Of a DNA stretch of 64,000 nucleotides, positions 10,535-19,919 are shown piece after piece (position 1 is the stretch's first letter; every line of letters starts with the position of its first letter). The stretch lies in contig CBFIAX010000013.1 of assembly GCA_965660685.1 (NCBI GenBank), forward strand, positions 937 through 64,936, given 5' to 3'. Below the pieces are notes generated by a model. The model was not told the origin of the DNA and did no database searches. It was given only the letters and a program-made list of their open reading frames with translations. The DNA is from Yoonia sp. (lineage in GTDB: Bacteria > Pseudomonadota > Alphaproteobacteria > Rhodobacterales > Rhodobacteraceae). The position numbers and the translations under genes are program-made.

Positions 10535-11216
10535 AGGATATCCGTGCGACCGTCATATGCCGCTTGCGGCCAAACCCTTGGATACGAGACACGTCAAACC
10601 CCGCCGCAGTCAGCGATTGGCGCACATGTCCGGCGGCGGAATAAGTCGCAGCGGTGCCATTTGGTGCGGTGTGCTTGGCGACCTCAGCAAGTAACGCAGG
10701 TTCCCAAAGCGCGGGATTTTTGGCAGGGGAAAACCCATCCAGATACCAAGCATCAGCTGCACCGTCCCACGCGGGCACCATTTCGCGCGCATCGCCAATG
10801 ATGACCTCCAGCGTCAGACCCTCGACCAATTCAACAGGTCCTGCTGTCACATCCCAACGGTCCAGCATAATCTTTGCCAATGGGGCAATTTCTGGAAACG
10901 CGGACAAGGCTGCTGCCATATCTGGCTTGGCCATTGGGAATGCCTCGAAAGATGTAAACTTCAGAGGCGCGGCGCACCCCGATTTATTCCACGCATCCCA
11001 AGTGACGAGCAAGTTCAACCCTGTGCCAAACCCCAATTCGGCCACATGCAGTGGGGCGTCGAACCGGTCAGGCAACCCGTTGCCCGCGATGAACACATGC
11101 TGGGTCTCATTCAACCCGCCGATCAGCGAATAATACGGATCGTCGAACTGATCCGACACAGGCACACGGCCCGCATCTGTGTCGCGCCAAGTCAGGGAAG
11201 CCGTCTGGTTGATCAT
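10524..11216 (-). CDS. mnmD: tRNA mnm5s2U34 methyltransferase MnmD (MnmC N-terminal domain)
   Basis: PVS.QFDDPYYS, ET.HVF..GNGL, ELGFGTGLN, WYLDGFSPAKNP.LW, GFGRKRHM. Confidence 0.92.
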   Translation of the reverse strand: MINQTASLTWRDTDAGRVPVSDQFDDPYYSLIGGLNETQHVFIAGNGLPDRFDAPLHVAELGFGTGLNLLVTWDAWNKSGCAAPLKFTSFEAFPMAKPDMAAALSAFPEIAPLAKIMLDRWDVTAGPVELVEGLTLEVIIGDAREMVPAWDGAADAWYLDGFSPAKNPALWEPALLAEVAKHTAPNGTAATYSAAGHVRQSLTAAGFDVSRIQGFGRKRHMTVARISYGK

Positions 11217-11265
11217 GGATAGATGCCTTATGCAGTTGATCATCAATAGGGCGGAAGGGCCGGAT

Positions 11266-12303
11266 ATGGCAACGGTCGATGTAACAGTGATGGGGGCGGG
11301 CGTGTTTGGCCTATCGGTGGCCTATGCGTGTTTGGGGCGCGGGGCGCGGGTGCGGGTTATCGACCCCAACGGCGTCGGCGCCGGGGCCAGCGGCGGGATC
11401 GTCGGTGCCTTGGCGCCACATGTGCCCGAGAACTGGAACGCGAAAAAGGCGTTTCAACTGGACAGTTTGCTGATGCAGGGCGCGTTCTGGAAAGGGGTTG
11501 ATGACCTTTCGGGGTTGGCCTCGGGCTATGCGCGCAACGGTCGGCTGCAACCTTTGGCAGATGCACAGGCTTTGGCGCTGGCGCGCGCACGCGCGCAAAC
11601 GGCCGTCGCGCTTTGGTCAGATAAAGCAAGCTGGACGGTGCGAGCTGGAAACGACGCCGATTGGTCGCCGCCCAGTCCAAGCGGCCACGTCGTGTTCGAC
11701 ACGCTATCCGGCCTGCTGCATCCGGCAAAGGCCACGGCATCGCTCGCAGGCGCAGTCACCGCGCTTGGTGGAGAGATCGTCACCGCAGGAGCCGCTCAAG
11801 GGCAGACGGTCTGGGCGACAGGCTGGGCCGACTTGCAAGACATGACCGCACAACACCACCGTTTGGTTGGCAATGGGATCAAGGGGCAAGCAGCGCTTTT
11901 GGATTTCGACGCTGGAGGCCTGCCGCAGCTATTTGCAGACACGCTCCATATCGTGCCGCATAACGATGGCACCGTCGCGATTGGTTCTACCTCAGAGCGC
12001 GCGTTTGACGACGACACGGCGACAGACACGCAGCTTGATGACATGGTGGACCGGGCCAAATCTGCATTGCCCATATTGGCCGACGCAAAAATCATCAAAC
12101 GCTGGGCTGGTGTGCGACCACGCAGCCGATCGCGCGCGCCGATCCTTGGGAAACACCCATTCAAAACAGGGGACTTCATCGCGAATGGGGGGTTCAAAAT
12201 CGGCTTCGGGATGGCGCCCAAAGTGGGTCACGTGATGGCCGATCTGATCTTAGAAAACCGTGACACGATCCCGGATGATTTCAAACCAGAACGCAGCCTT
12301 TAA
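11266..12303 (+). CDS. FAD-dependent oxidoreductase (DAO/MnmC C-terminal-like)
   Basis: VMGAGVFG FAD motif, GASGG..GAL, WAGVRPR, NGGFKIGFG. Confidence 0.85.
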   Translation: MATVDVTVMGAGVFGLSVAYACLGRGARVRVIDPNGVGAGASGGIVGALAPHVPENWNAKKAFQLDSLLMQGAFWKGVDDLSGLASGYARNGRLQPLADAQALALARARAQTAVALWSDKASWTVRAGNDADWSPPSPSGHVVFDTLSGLLHPAKATASLAGAVTALGGEIVTAGAAQGQTVWATGWADLQDMTAQHHRLVGNGIKGQAALLDFDAGGLPQLFADTLHIVPHNDGTVAIGSTSERAFDDDTATDTQLDDMVDRAKSALPILADAKIIKRWAGVRPRSRSRAPILGKHPFKTGDFIANGGFKIGFGMAPKVGHVMADLILENRDTIPDDFKPERSL

Positions 12304-12305
12304 CA

Positions 12306-12339
12306 CTTCTTCTGGCTCTTATACACCTCCGCCGGAGGC
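12306..12339 (-). repeat. dispersed GCCTCCGGCGG repeat, subfamily A
   Basis: Reverse complement GCCTCCGGCGGAGGTGTATAAGAGCCAGAAGAAG, between convergent genes. Confidence 0.85.
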
Positions 12340-12362
12340 ATCGGATTTTGGAACAAAACCGA

Positions 12363-13157
12363 TCAACTCGCCTCTGCTGCCATGCACTGCCGGCCATCAG
12401 GCCCCCGTACCCAAGCCCGCCCGTCTTTCCAGCATAATGTCGCCGTTTCATGGTGCATCAATGGGGCCGTCGCGCGGTAGGAAAAGTTTCGCAAGGTGCC
12501 CAATTGGCCTTGGGCGAGGCCCATTAGCAAATGTGCCAGCAAGGGGCCATGCACGACCAATCCGTCATAACCTTCGACGTCACGCGCATAGGCTTCGTCA
12601 TAATGGATGCGATGCCCGTTAAAAGTCAGGGCAGAGTAGCGAAATAGGACAGTGCTATCAAAACGGACCGGTATCGAGACATCTTCATCTGTGGCCGCAA
12701 CAGGGGGGACAGGCTTCGCGCGGGGGGCGTCGTCACGATAGACCAATTCCTGCCATTCGGTCAGGACTAGCGCTTGGCGTTGTCGAATGTCATGGCGGAC
12801 GCGCACAAATGCCAGTGGACCGCTGCGCCCATCTTTGCGGGTCACGCCTTCGATCGTAGATGTTTTTTCAGCCTTGATGCCGGCGCGCAATGGGTTATGG
12901 AACACAAGCTTTCCTGCGGCCCACATACGCCGCGCAAGTCCGGTGTTGGGAATGAATTGCCCCGTGGTCGGATGCCCGTCACGGCCCAATGCATCAGGCG
13001 GCTGCGGATCCCAAAAATAGATGTGATGGGCGAACGGGGGCAAAGGGTCGCCGATGCCAATCTCGCTAGATTGACCAAGCGCGGCCTGCAAAGCAATGGC
13101 GCGGCCCACGTCCATAGTGTCTGTCGAAATGCGCACGCGTTGGGTTTCATCATCCAT
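12363..13157 (-). CDS. double hot-dog (FAS1/MaoC-like) acyl-CoA dehydratase, itaconyl-/mesaconyl-C4-CoA hydratase-like
   Basis: LGRDGHP, RRMWAAG, LFRYSALTFNGHRIHYD, LVVHGPL. Confidence 0.85.
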   Translation of the reverse strand: MDDETQRVRISTDTMDVGRAIALQAALGQSSEIGIGDPLPPFAHHIYFWDPQPPDALGRDGHPTTGQFIPNTGLARRMWAAGKLVFHNPLRAGIKAEKTSTIEGVTRKDGRSGPLAFVRVRHDIRQRQALVLTEWQELVYRDDAPRAKPVPPVAATDEDVSIPVRFDSTVLFRYSALTFNGHRIHYDEAYARDVEGYDGLVVHGPLLAHLLMGLAQGQLGTLRNFSYRATAPLMHHETATLCWKDGRAWVRGPDGRQCMAAEAS

Positions 13158-13268
13158 GCATCACCCTAGGGCAAAGCGGGGCTTGGTGCAAATTTTCACA
13201 CAAGCGGTTGCTGTCCGCGCAACACTGGCACATGGTACCGAAAGCAGACGACCAGCAGGAATGATCAC

Positions 13269-14918
13269 ATGCAGCGACACGGCGGAAAAATCCTAAGCGA
13301 TCATTTGGTGGCGCTTGGCGTGCAACGGGTTTTCTCGGTGCCGGGGGAGAGCTTTCTCGCAGCACTTGATGGGCTTTATGATAGCGGCATTGCTAATATC
13401 GTTTGCCGACAAGAAGGCGGGGCTGCGATGATGGCCGAGGCTTACGGCAAGATGACAAAACAACCGGGCGTATGTTTTGTAACGCGCGGGCCGGGGGCCA
13501 CGAATGCAAGCGCGGGCGTGCATGTTGCGATGCAAGACAGCACGCCGATGGTGCTTTTTGTCGGCCAAATCGATAACCGGCACACGGACCGCGAAACATT
13601 CCAAGAGGTCGACTACCGCGCAATGTTTGGCGGTATCGCGAAATGGGTGGCCCAAATCGATCATACAGACCGGATCGGCGAATATGTGACCCGCGCCTTC
13701 CAAGTGGCGATGTCAGGCAGACCGGGGCCAGTGGTGATTGCACTGCCTGAAAACATGCTGAGCGCCGTGTCGGATGCACGCAATCGGCCCGCATTGCCGG
13801 ATTTTAAAACAGCGGATTTGTCGGCCGTCGCGGGTGATATCATGGCACGCGTTGCCTTGGCAGAGCGCCCCTTGGTCGTGGTCGGTGGCCCACATTGGTC
13901 GGCGCAAGCCCATCTCGATTTGGCGCGCTTTGCTGAGAAACAAGGCTTACCCGTCGCGGTTGGTTTCCGGCGGCAAGATTATATCGACAATCGGCATGGA
14001 TGCTATGCTGGTGACTTAAACGTGGGGATCAATCCACGGCTCGCCGCGCGGGTAAAGGCGGCAGACCTGCTCGTTGTGATCGGATCACGGTTTGGGGATA
14101 TTGAAACGCAGGGCTATACAAATCCTGATCCTGATGATGCCACATCAATGATCCACATCCATGCGGATGCTGATGAAATCGGCACGGTCTATCCCGCCGA
14201 ATTTGGTGTGGTGGCCAAGGCCACGGAAATGATTGCGGCGCTGGCGGCACAACCTGCTTGTGACACGGATTGGACGGCGTGGATGACCAGTGCGCGGGCC
14301 GATTACGACGCGTGGTTGACGCCGACCGTCAGCCCCGGCGCGATGAAGCAAGAAGACGTTATCGCGTGGCTGTCAGATAATTTGCCCGAGGATGCCATTT
14401 TGACAAATGGGGCAGGGAATTACGCCGCGTGGTTGCACCGCTATTTTGTCTATAAACAACATGGCACCCAATTGGCCCCGACATCAGGATCGATGGGGTA
14501 TGGCATTCCTGCGGCAATTTCAGCGTCATTGCATCACCCCGACAAACAGGTCGTATGTCTGGCGGGTGACGGCTGTTTCCAGATGACGTGCAACGAGCTG
14601 TCAACAGCCACGCAGCATGGCGCAACCCCGATCATTATCGTCATGGACAACGGGCGCTATGGGACCATTCGCATGCATCAGGAAAAAACCTATCCGGGCC
14701 GTGTCTCAGGCACCATGATTGGCAATCCCGATTTCGCGGTACTTGCGCGTGCTTATGGTGGGCATGGTGAATTGGTCACGCGGTCAGCGGATTTTCCCGC
14801 TGCCTTTGCCCGCGCCCAAGCGGCAGGCACCATGGCTGTGATTGCTTGCACAGTTGATGTCGAGGCTTTGGCGCCCTCCGCCACGTTGTCTGCCGTACGC
14901 GAGGCCGCAAGCGGGTAA
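13269..14918 (+). CDS. thiamine-diphosphate-binding enzyme (acetolactate synthase-like)
   Basis: VPGESFL, CRQEGGA, TRGPGATNA, SGSMGYG, GDGCFQM...DNGRYGTIRMHQ. Confidence 0.9.
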   Translation: MQRHGGKILSDHLVALGVQRVFSVPGESFLAALDGLYDSGIANIVCRQEGGAAMMAEAYGKMTKQPGVCFVTRGPGATNASAGVHVAMQDSTPMVLFVGQIDNRHTDRETFQEVDYRAMFGGIAKWVAQIDHTDRIGEYVTRAFQVAMSGRPGPVVIALPENMLSAVSDARNRPALPDFKTADLSAVAGDIMARVALAERPLVVVGGPHWSAQAHLDLARFAEKQGLPVAVGFRRQDYIDNRHGCYAGDLNVGINPRLAARVKAADLLVVIGSRFGDIETQGYTNPDPDDATSMIHIHADADEIGTVYPAEFGVVAKATEMIAALAAQPACDTDWTAWMTSARADYDAWLTPTVSPGAMKQEDVIAWLSDNLPEDAILTNGAGNYAAWLHRYFVYKQHGTQLAPTSGSMGYGIPAAISASLHHPDKQVVCLAGDGCFQMTCNELSTATQHGATPIIIVMDNGRYGTIRMHQEKTYPGRVSGTMIGNPDFAVLARAYGGHGELVTRSADFPAAFARAQAAGTMAVIACTVDVEALAPSATLSAVREAASG

Positions 14919-14940
14919 TCAATTCTATTTTAGAATTGAT

Positions 14941-14974
14941 GCCTCCGGCGGGGATATTTGAAAACCAAAGAGGG
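14941..14974 (+). repeat. dispersed GCCTCCGGCGG repeat, subfamily B
   Basis: GCCTCCGGCGGGGATATTTGAAAACCAAAGAGGG; 1 mismatch to the copy at 46478. Confidence 0.9.
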
Positions 14975-14976
14975 TT

Positions 14977-15336
14977 TTATGCCCGTTTCCAATTGGCGGA
15001 TTGTTTGGGCAGGAACGCTTCAATTGCTGCTGTCGCGATGACTGCGGTGTCGCCAGTGGCCGGATTGTCGACGTTTTGTCCGCCTTTGACGGCCGTGACG
15101 CTGGCGCGTCCACGGGGCAGCTTCGCGGCCAATGCAGCGGTGTCGATTTTGTCGGGTTCTTGCACCCCAACCGTGACCTGCACGCGCATCGTATCCGTTG
15201 GAATGTCGAGCGTCGCAAATAACGGCAAGGTGGAATGGCGAAATGCGTCTTCAATCGCGCGAGCTGCGGCCTTTTGATAGTCCATGCCGTGCAAATCGTT
15301 GCCCATGCCCATTTCAATGATCATTCGGTTTTCCAT
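14977..15336 (-). CDS. Lin0512-family protein
   Basis: IIEMGMGNDLHGMDYQKAAARAIEDAFRHS...V.VGVQEPD..D...LPRG...V.GG. Confidence 0.88.
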   Translation of the reverse strand: MENRMIIEMGMGNDLHGMDYQKAAARAIEDAFRHSTLPLFATLDIPTDTMRVQVTVGVQEPDKIDTAALAAKLPRGRASVTAVKGGQNVDNPATGDTAVIATAAIEAFLPKQSANWKRA

Positions 15337-15680
15337 TATGCGCGCTCCATATCAAAGCTGACGTTGATCGCGGCATTGGCGATAACCGTGGGCAGACCGT
15401 CGGGCCGCGGAACATCCAGACCGCCTTGGGTGACAGTGACGTTAGGCTGGCCGTAGGGAAAGATGTCCAAGAGCTTAGCCGTGTCGACCTGATCGGGTTG
15501 CTGCACCGCGATTTCCACATCGATGATCATCGCCTCTTTTGGAAAGCCAAACAGCTCTGCCATATTAATCGAATTGTGCCAAAGCGCGTCTTGCAAGGCG
15601 CGGTGGGCGGCTTGGGTATAGTCTTGGCGGCGCAGGCTGGTGCCCATGCCAAATTCAGTAAGGACGCGGTGTTTGGGCAT
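15336..15680 (-). CDS. Lin0512-family protein (second paralog)
   Basis: LTEFGMGTSLRRQDYTQAAHRALQDALWHNS...AVQQPD.VD...FPYG...GGLDV. Confidence 0.85.
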   Translation of the reverse strand: MPKHRVLTEFGMGTSLRRQDYTQAAHRALQDALWHNSINMAELFGFPKEAMIIDVEIAVQQPDQVDTAKLLDIFPYGQPNVTVTQGGLDVPRPDGLPTVIANAAINVSFDMERA

Positions 15681-15682
15681 GG

Positions 15683-16153
15683 TTAGGCTTTCGTATTAGA
15701 AAAGAAATTTGCGCGAATTGCGACGATCAGTGCCACAAGCGTGAGGGCGATTTCGACATGGAACGTCCAATGGGTCAGAAATGACATGACCCAATTCTCG
15801 TGGGTGGCTGGCACCACAACAAGCGGTGTGGCGACATCCGAGAAAGGCCAGCCCCATGCGATTGCGCCGACGATCGAGTCCAACGCCATGTGCACCAAGC
15901 CACCTATGCCAAGGGCTACCACAATTTGATTTCTCAGCACTGCCCCGATGGCAAGAATGGCAGTCCAAATTGCAGGCCGATGGGTGATGTATTCATGGTG
16001 ATGTACAGTGCCGTGATCCACCAAGTGGAACCAAAGCATATCAATATCCGGCAAAACCGCCCCAATAAGCCCCGCGATAAAAACAATCCTTGGGCTGTTG
16101 CGCCAAAGCGCGCGCGCGACAAGGTAGCCGCCGGGAAGGTGCCCGATGAACAT
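15683..16153 (-). CDS. membrane-bound metal-dependent hydrolase (YdjM-like)
   Basis: MFIGHLPGGY, G.VLPDID, HH.YITH, H.ALD motifs. Confidence 0.8.
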   Translation of the reverse strand: MFIGHLPGGYLVARALWRNSPRIVFIAGLIGAVLPDIDMLWFHLVDHGTVHHHEYITHRPAIWTAILAIGAVLRNQIVVALGIGGLVHMALDSIVGAIAWGWPFSDVATPLVVVPATHENWVMSFLTHWTFHVEIALTLVALIVAIRANFFSNTKA

Positions 16154-16762
16154 TTAGAATTCGACACCGATCTGGGCTTTCACCCCAGAGCGGAACGGGT
16201 GTTTGACCAGCTCCATTTCCGTGACCAGATCCGCGATCTCGATCAGATCGGCGTGGGCGTTACGGCCGGTGAGGACCACGTGGGTCATGTCGGGTTTCTG
16301 GGTGGCGAGGAATTCGACGACCTCGTTGATGTCCAAGTAATCATAGCGGATCGCGATGTTGATCTCGTCAAGCAGCACCATTTTGTTGCTCTCATCAAGG
16401 ATCAGTTCCTTGGCCTTGGCCCATGCGGCTTGGGCCATTTCGGTGTCGCGGGATTTGTCTTGGGTTTCCCAAGTGAAGCCTTCGCCCATGGTATGAAACG
16501 CGCATTCATCGCTAAATTTCGACAAGATCAGATCGCGTTCGCCTGTGGACATGCCACCTTTAATGAACTGCACCACGGCGCATTTCATATCGTGGGCGAT
16601 GCAGCGAAAGATCATACCGAAAGCGGCAGATGATTTGCCTTTGCCTTTGCCCGTGTGCACGATGATCAAGCCCTTTTTGTCGGTCTTGGTCGCCATGATT
16701 TTATCGCGGGCGGCTTTTTTCTTGGCCATTTTCATAGCGTGGCGGTCTGTGTCTTCGGTCAT
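16154..16762 (-). CDS. cobO: cob(I)yrinic acid a,c-diamide adenosyltransferase
   Basis: HTGKGKGKSSAAFG, VQFIKG, GEGFTWETQ, LLDEIN, LTGRNA, KHPFRSG. Confidence 0.97.
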   Translation of the reverse strand: MTEDTDRHAMKMAKKKAARDKIMATKTDKKGLIIVHTGKGKGKSSAAFGMIFRCIAHDMKCAVVQFIKGGMSTGERDLILSKFSDECAFHTMGEGFTWETQDKSRDTEMAQAAWAKAKELILDESNKMVLLDEINIAIRYDYLDINEVVEFLATQKPDMTHVVLTGRNAHADLIEIADLVTEMELVKHPFRSGVKAQIGVEF

Positions 16763-16786
16763 GATGATCCCCTTTGATTTCAGACC

Positions 16787-17509
16787 TTAAAGCCCGATGA
16801 GCCACGGCGCAATCGCTGGCGCGAGCAGGGCGGTCAAAAGCGCGTTTAAGCCCATGCCGACGCCGGAAAATGCGCCCGCTGTTTCGTTGACCTGGAATGC
16901 ACGTGCGGTGCCGATGCCGTGGCTTGTGACCCCAACAGCAAAGCCACGGGCGCGCCAGTCCGTGACGCGCAAAAGGTTCAGCAATGGTGTCGCAATGATC
17001 GCGCCGGTGATACCTGTTGTAATGACGAAAACCGCGGTGAGCGAGGGAGAGCCGCCGATGGCCTCTGACACGCCTAAGGCGACGGGGGCGGTGGCGGATT
17101 TTGGCATGAGAGCGAGCAGGATGTCTTGGTCCAGCCCCAACAGCCTGGCGATGATGACCCCGCTGGTCATTGCGGCCAGCGATCCCGCGATGAGCGCCCC
17201 GAGCATTGGCAACGCTGTTTGTTTTATATGTCCAAGGTTCGCATAGAGCGGGATGGCGAGGGCGACGGTTGCCGGCCCGAGAATGAAGTGCACGAATTGC
17301 GCGCCGTTAAAATAGGTTGCGTAGCTTGTGCCTGTGAGCTGCAAAAGCACGGCGAGCAGCGCCACCGCGATCAGAACGGGGTTGATATAGGGCTTTCGCC
17401 CCGAAGCCCGAAACAGCATGTCGCCTAGCCCGTAAGACGCAAGTGTGAGCGTCAGCCAAAGTAGGGGATCAGCCGCAAGGTAGGTCCAGATTTCTGCGAA
17501 ATCTGTCAT
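16787..17509 (-). CDS. LrgB family protein
   Basis: LGPATVALAIPLY, PKSATAPVA, ARGFA.G..SHGIGTARA. Confidence 0.93.
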   Translation of the reverse strand: MTDFAEIWTYLAADPLLWLTLTLASYGLGDMLFRASGRKPYINPVLIAVALLAVLLQLTGTSYATYFNGAQFVHFILGPATVALAIPLYANLGHIKQTALPMLGALIAGSLAAMTSGVIIARLLGLDQDILLALMPKSATAPVALGVSEAIGGSPSLTAVFVITTGITGAIIATPLLNLLRVTDWRARGFAVGVTSHGIGTARAFQVNETAGAFSGVGMGLNALLTALLAPAIAPWLIGL

Positions 17510-17853
17510 CGCGACCCGAACAGTTTTTGCAGGCCAGAAAAGGTAAAGGCGCCCACAGTGATTGCGATTATTGTTGACCCAACAATGGCCAACCCCAATG
17601 CAGGGCCGTCATCCCCAAGCTTGTCAAGATGGCCCACGACCCCCACGCCAGCGGGCACAAAGAGCAATGATAAATGTGCGAGAAGGGCCGTCGTTGTTGG
17701 AGCAATGGTTTGCGCCAGTTTGGGCCACATAACGCATGTTAAAAACAACGCCGCCATCCCGATGACAGGGCCGGGCAGTGGCAGGCTCAAGCCACGCGAA
17801 GTGATTTCGCCAAGGAGTTGAAACGCCAAAAGGGTCGCCAAATGAATGATCAT
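17506..17853 (-). CDS. CidA/LrgA family protein
   Basis: FQLLGE...P.PGPVIGM...LSLLFVPAGVGV; ATGA-type overlap with lrgB. Confidence 0.92.
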   Translation of the reverse strand: MIIHLATLLAFQLLGEITSRGLSLPLPGPVIGMAALFLTCVMWPKLAQTIAPTTTALLAHLSLLFVPAGVGVVGHLDKLGDDGPALGLAIVGSTIIAITVGAFTFSGLQKLFGSR

Positions 17854-18061
17854 GAAATTGAGCTTAGGCGCGCGGTACGGTGATGCCTAGTCGTTTGCGG
17901 GGCTCCGCCGCAATTTTTTCCCCGCGACTATCGCGTTGCAATGGTGTCTATGAGCGACAAGTTGCAAAGGACCCCATAATGAGACTTTTTTCGATCCTAT
18001 TGTTGGTCAGCTATTTAGGCGTATCGGCGGCTGTCGCGGGAATCTGATCGACTAGTTCGGC

Positions 18062-18316
18062 CTAATATGCCTTTGGCAAGCGTGTTAAATAGGCTTGATG
18101 TGCTTGCTTTTCGGTGGAGTCGCGCGCATCCGCGAACAGACGCCGTTTTATATAAATTGGTATGACAAATGCTGCGAGGTACATCGCGAGTGCCAGCACG
18201 GTGCCATGATCATGCGTTTCGCAAAAGCGAGCGACGCCGTGTGCCAAAACGAGTGACACACAAAGTGTTGGCAAGCTAACGTAACGTTGATCGCGTGTTT
18301 TGACGGTGTTCTTCAT
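18062..18316 (-). CDS. hypothetical small membrane protein (84 aa)
   Basis: Strong RBS GAAGGAG upstream of ATG; two hydrophobic stretches; no recognised family. Confidence 0.55.
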   Translation of the reverse strand: MKNTVKTRDQRYVSLPTLCVSLVLAHGVARFCETHDHGTVLALAMYLAAFVIPIYIKRRLFADARDSTEKQAHQAYLTRLPKAY

Positions 18317-19058
18317 TTTTTAGCTCCTTCTTCCCCAAGGCCATTTAAGGCTAATTGCGATCGCTCAGGTTGAACATGAACCTCGATTCGGACTCGAGGA
18401 TGCAAATTTGTGGCGGACTGATCTGATGATCACTATTTCCGTCGCGCCGCTCTTTGCGAGGCGCAACATGGTCCATTAAGACGCCTGTTGCCCGAAAACA
18501 GGAGTTTGTTTCGCAGCAGAAATGGTGTTTCTCTGCCGCGAAAGTGAAGCGCTGGGCGTGTCTGCAAATTGGAACTTATCGACTTGGCGGCGTGTGGTTG
18601 GGTTTTGGCCGCGGGGTCGCTTGTCCAGAAATGGAGTGTTCTAGCCAGTTAGCTTCGCGTCAAAAAGAAAACGGCGATACTTGTTAAAAATTGGACGCTC
18701 GTTGGGCCATCCAAAAGGGTACAAGCTTTTACTCCTATTTATCGTAGCCGAAGGATGTGATCGTGAAAATTCCAAATGATGCAACGACGGTCCTGCAAAA
18801 ATGCAGCAAGATCAGTCAAGATTCTGATTTTGAACGAAATTTTATTGAAATTGGCGAGACTTTTGGATCGGCTTGGAACGGCCGTCGCACCATATTGTTG
18901 ATTAAGCAGATTGTGAACACTACCTTTCTAACCAGAAGGTTACGAAAAGGTTAATCCCTTTGGGTAGGCGGCTAGTCCTGATGCCTGGTTTATCTTGATT
19001 ACTTTGTGCTGAAGAACCGGATCAGATTTCGCGCTTCGCATAGAATTAGGGTGTTTAG

Positions 19059-19919
19059 ATGTATAACTGGAATGGTTTCCAATACGTGATGGCCTTGCAT
19101 GAAGGCGGGACGATGCGACACGCAGCGGAGCTTTTAGGCACCAATGCGACGACTGTCTCGCGGCACATAAAACGTATGTCGGAACAGCACGGTACGATGC
19201 TGTTTTCGATGCAAAAGGGTGGCAATTGGGAAATTACACCTGACGGCAAAGAGTTGTTGCGACTTGCCTTGGAGTTCAAAGTAAAACTGGACCGGTTGAA
19301 GTTGATCGAAGGTGAGAGCGATGACCGCCAAGAAATCATCGTGACGTCCGTTGAATTTTTGCTTGCTGAGTATCTGACGCCGCAAGTTGGTAAATGTGTG
19401 CGGGACTTTCCTCAAATTGATATTTCTTTGATTGGCGCAGATCGCAGATTGAGCTTGGCCTATGGTCAAGCTCATCTAGCGTTACGTTTAGGCCGCCCGA
19501 CCGAAGGCAATCTTGTGGCGTCGAAAATTGCCGAAATTCCATTTGGCTGCTGAGTGCCGCGGAACAAACCGCACGTGGGAGATTGGGTCGGATTACCTGA
19601 AGAGTTGGATTGGACACCAGAAATGGAGCTTGGCTACAAGATATTTGGCAGGCCGCCGCGCTATCGCGTTTCTAGCTTTGATGCTCTGCAAAAGGCTGCA
19701 GTGTCCTGTGGGTTTGCAGCCGTTGGACCATGTATTGTCATGTGCCGCGATGGGTTGCTTGTACCAAAAGCCAACACCGAAGGCGTCCAACGAGAGGTCT
19801 GGAGCGTGATCCACGAGTCCAACAAACTCAATAGCGGTTTACAGCAGGTGCGTCAGTGGGCGCGAGACACGATCGTGGATTTTCATATACAATTGCGGCA
19901 TGAAGCCAGATGCGCCTAG
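19059..19919 (+). pseudogene. LysR-family regulator interrupted by one in-frame TGA (19551-19553)
   Basis: HTH YNWNGFQY...GTMRHAAELLGTNATTVSRHI; the frame continues after TGA (GTG CCG CGG...) to 19919, giving 287 codons, a normal LysR length. Confidence 0.85.

Noticed and set aside
19551-19553. TGA in LysR as selenocysteine or programmed readthrough
   Set aside because: No convincing SECIS-like hairpin follows, LysR proteins are not known selenoproteins, and TGG>TGA is simpler.
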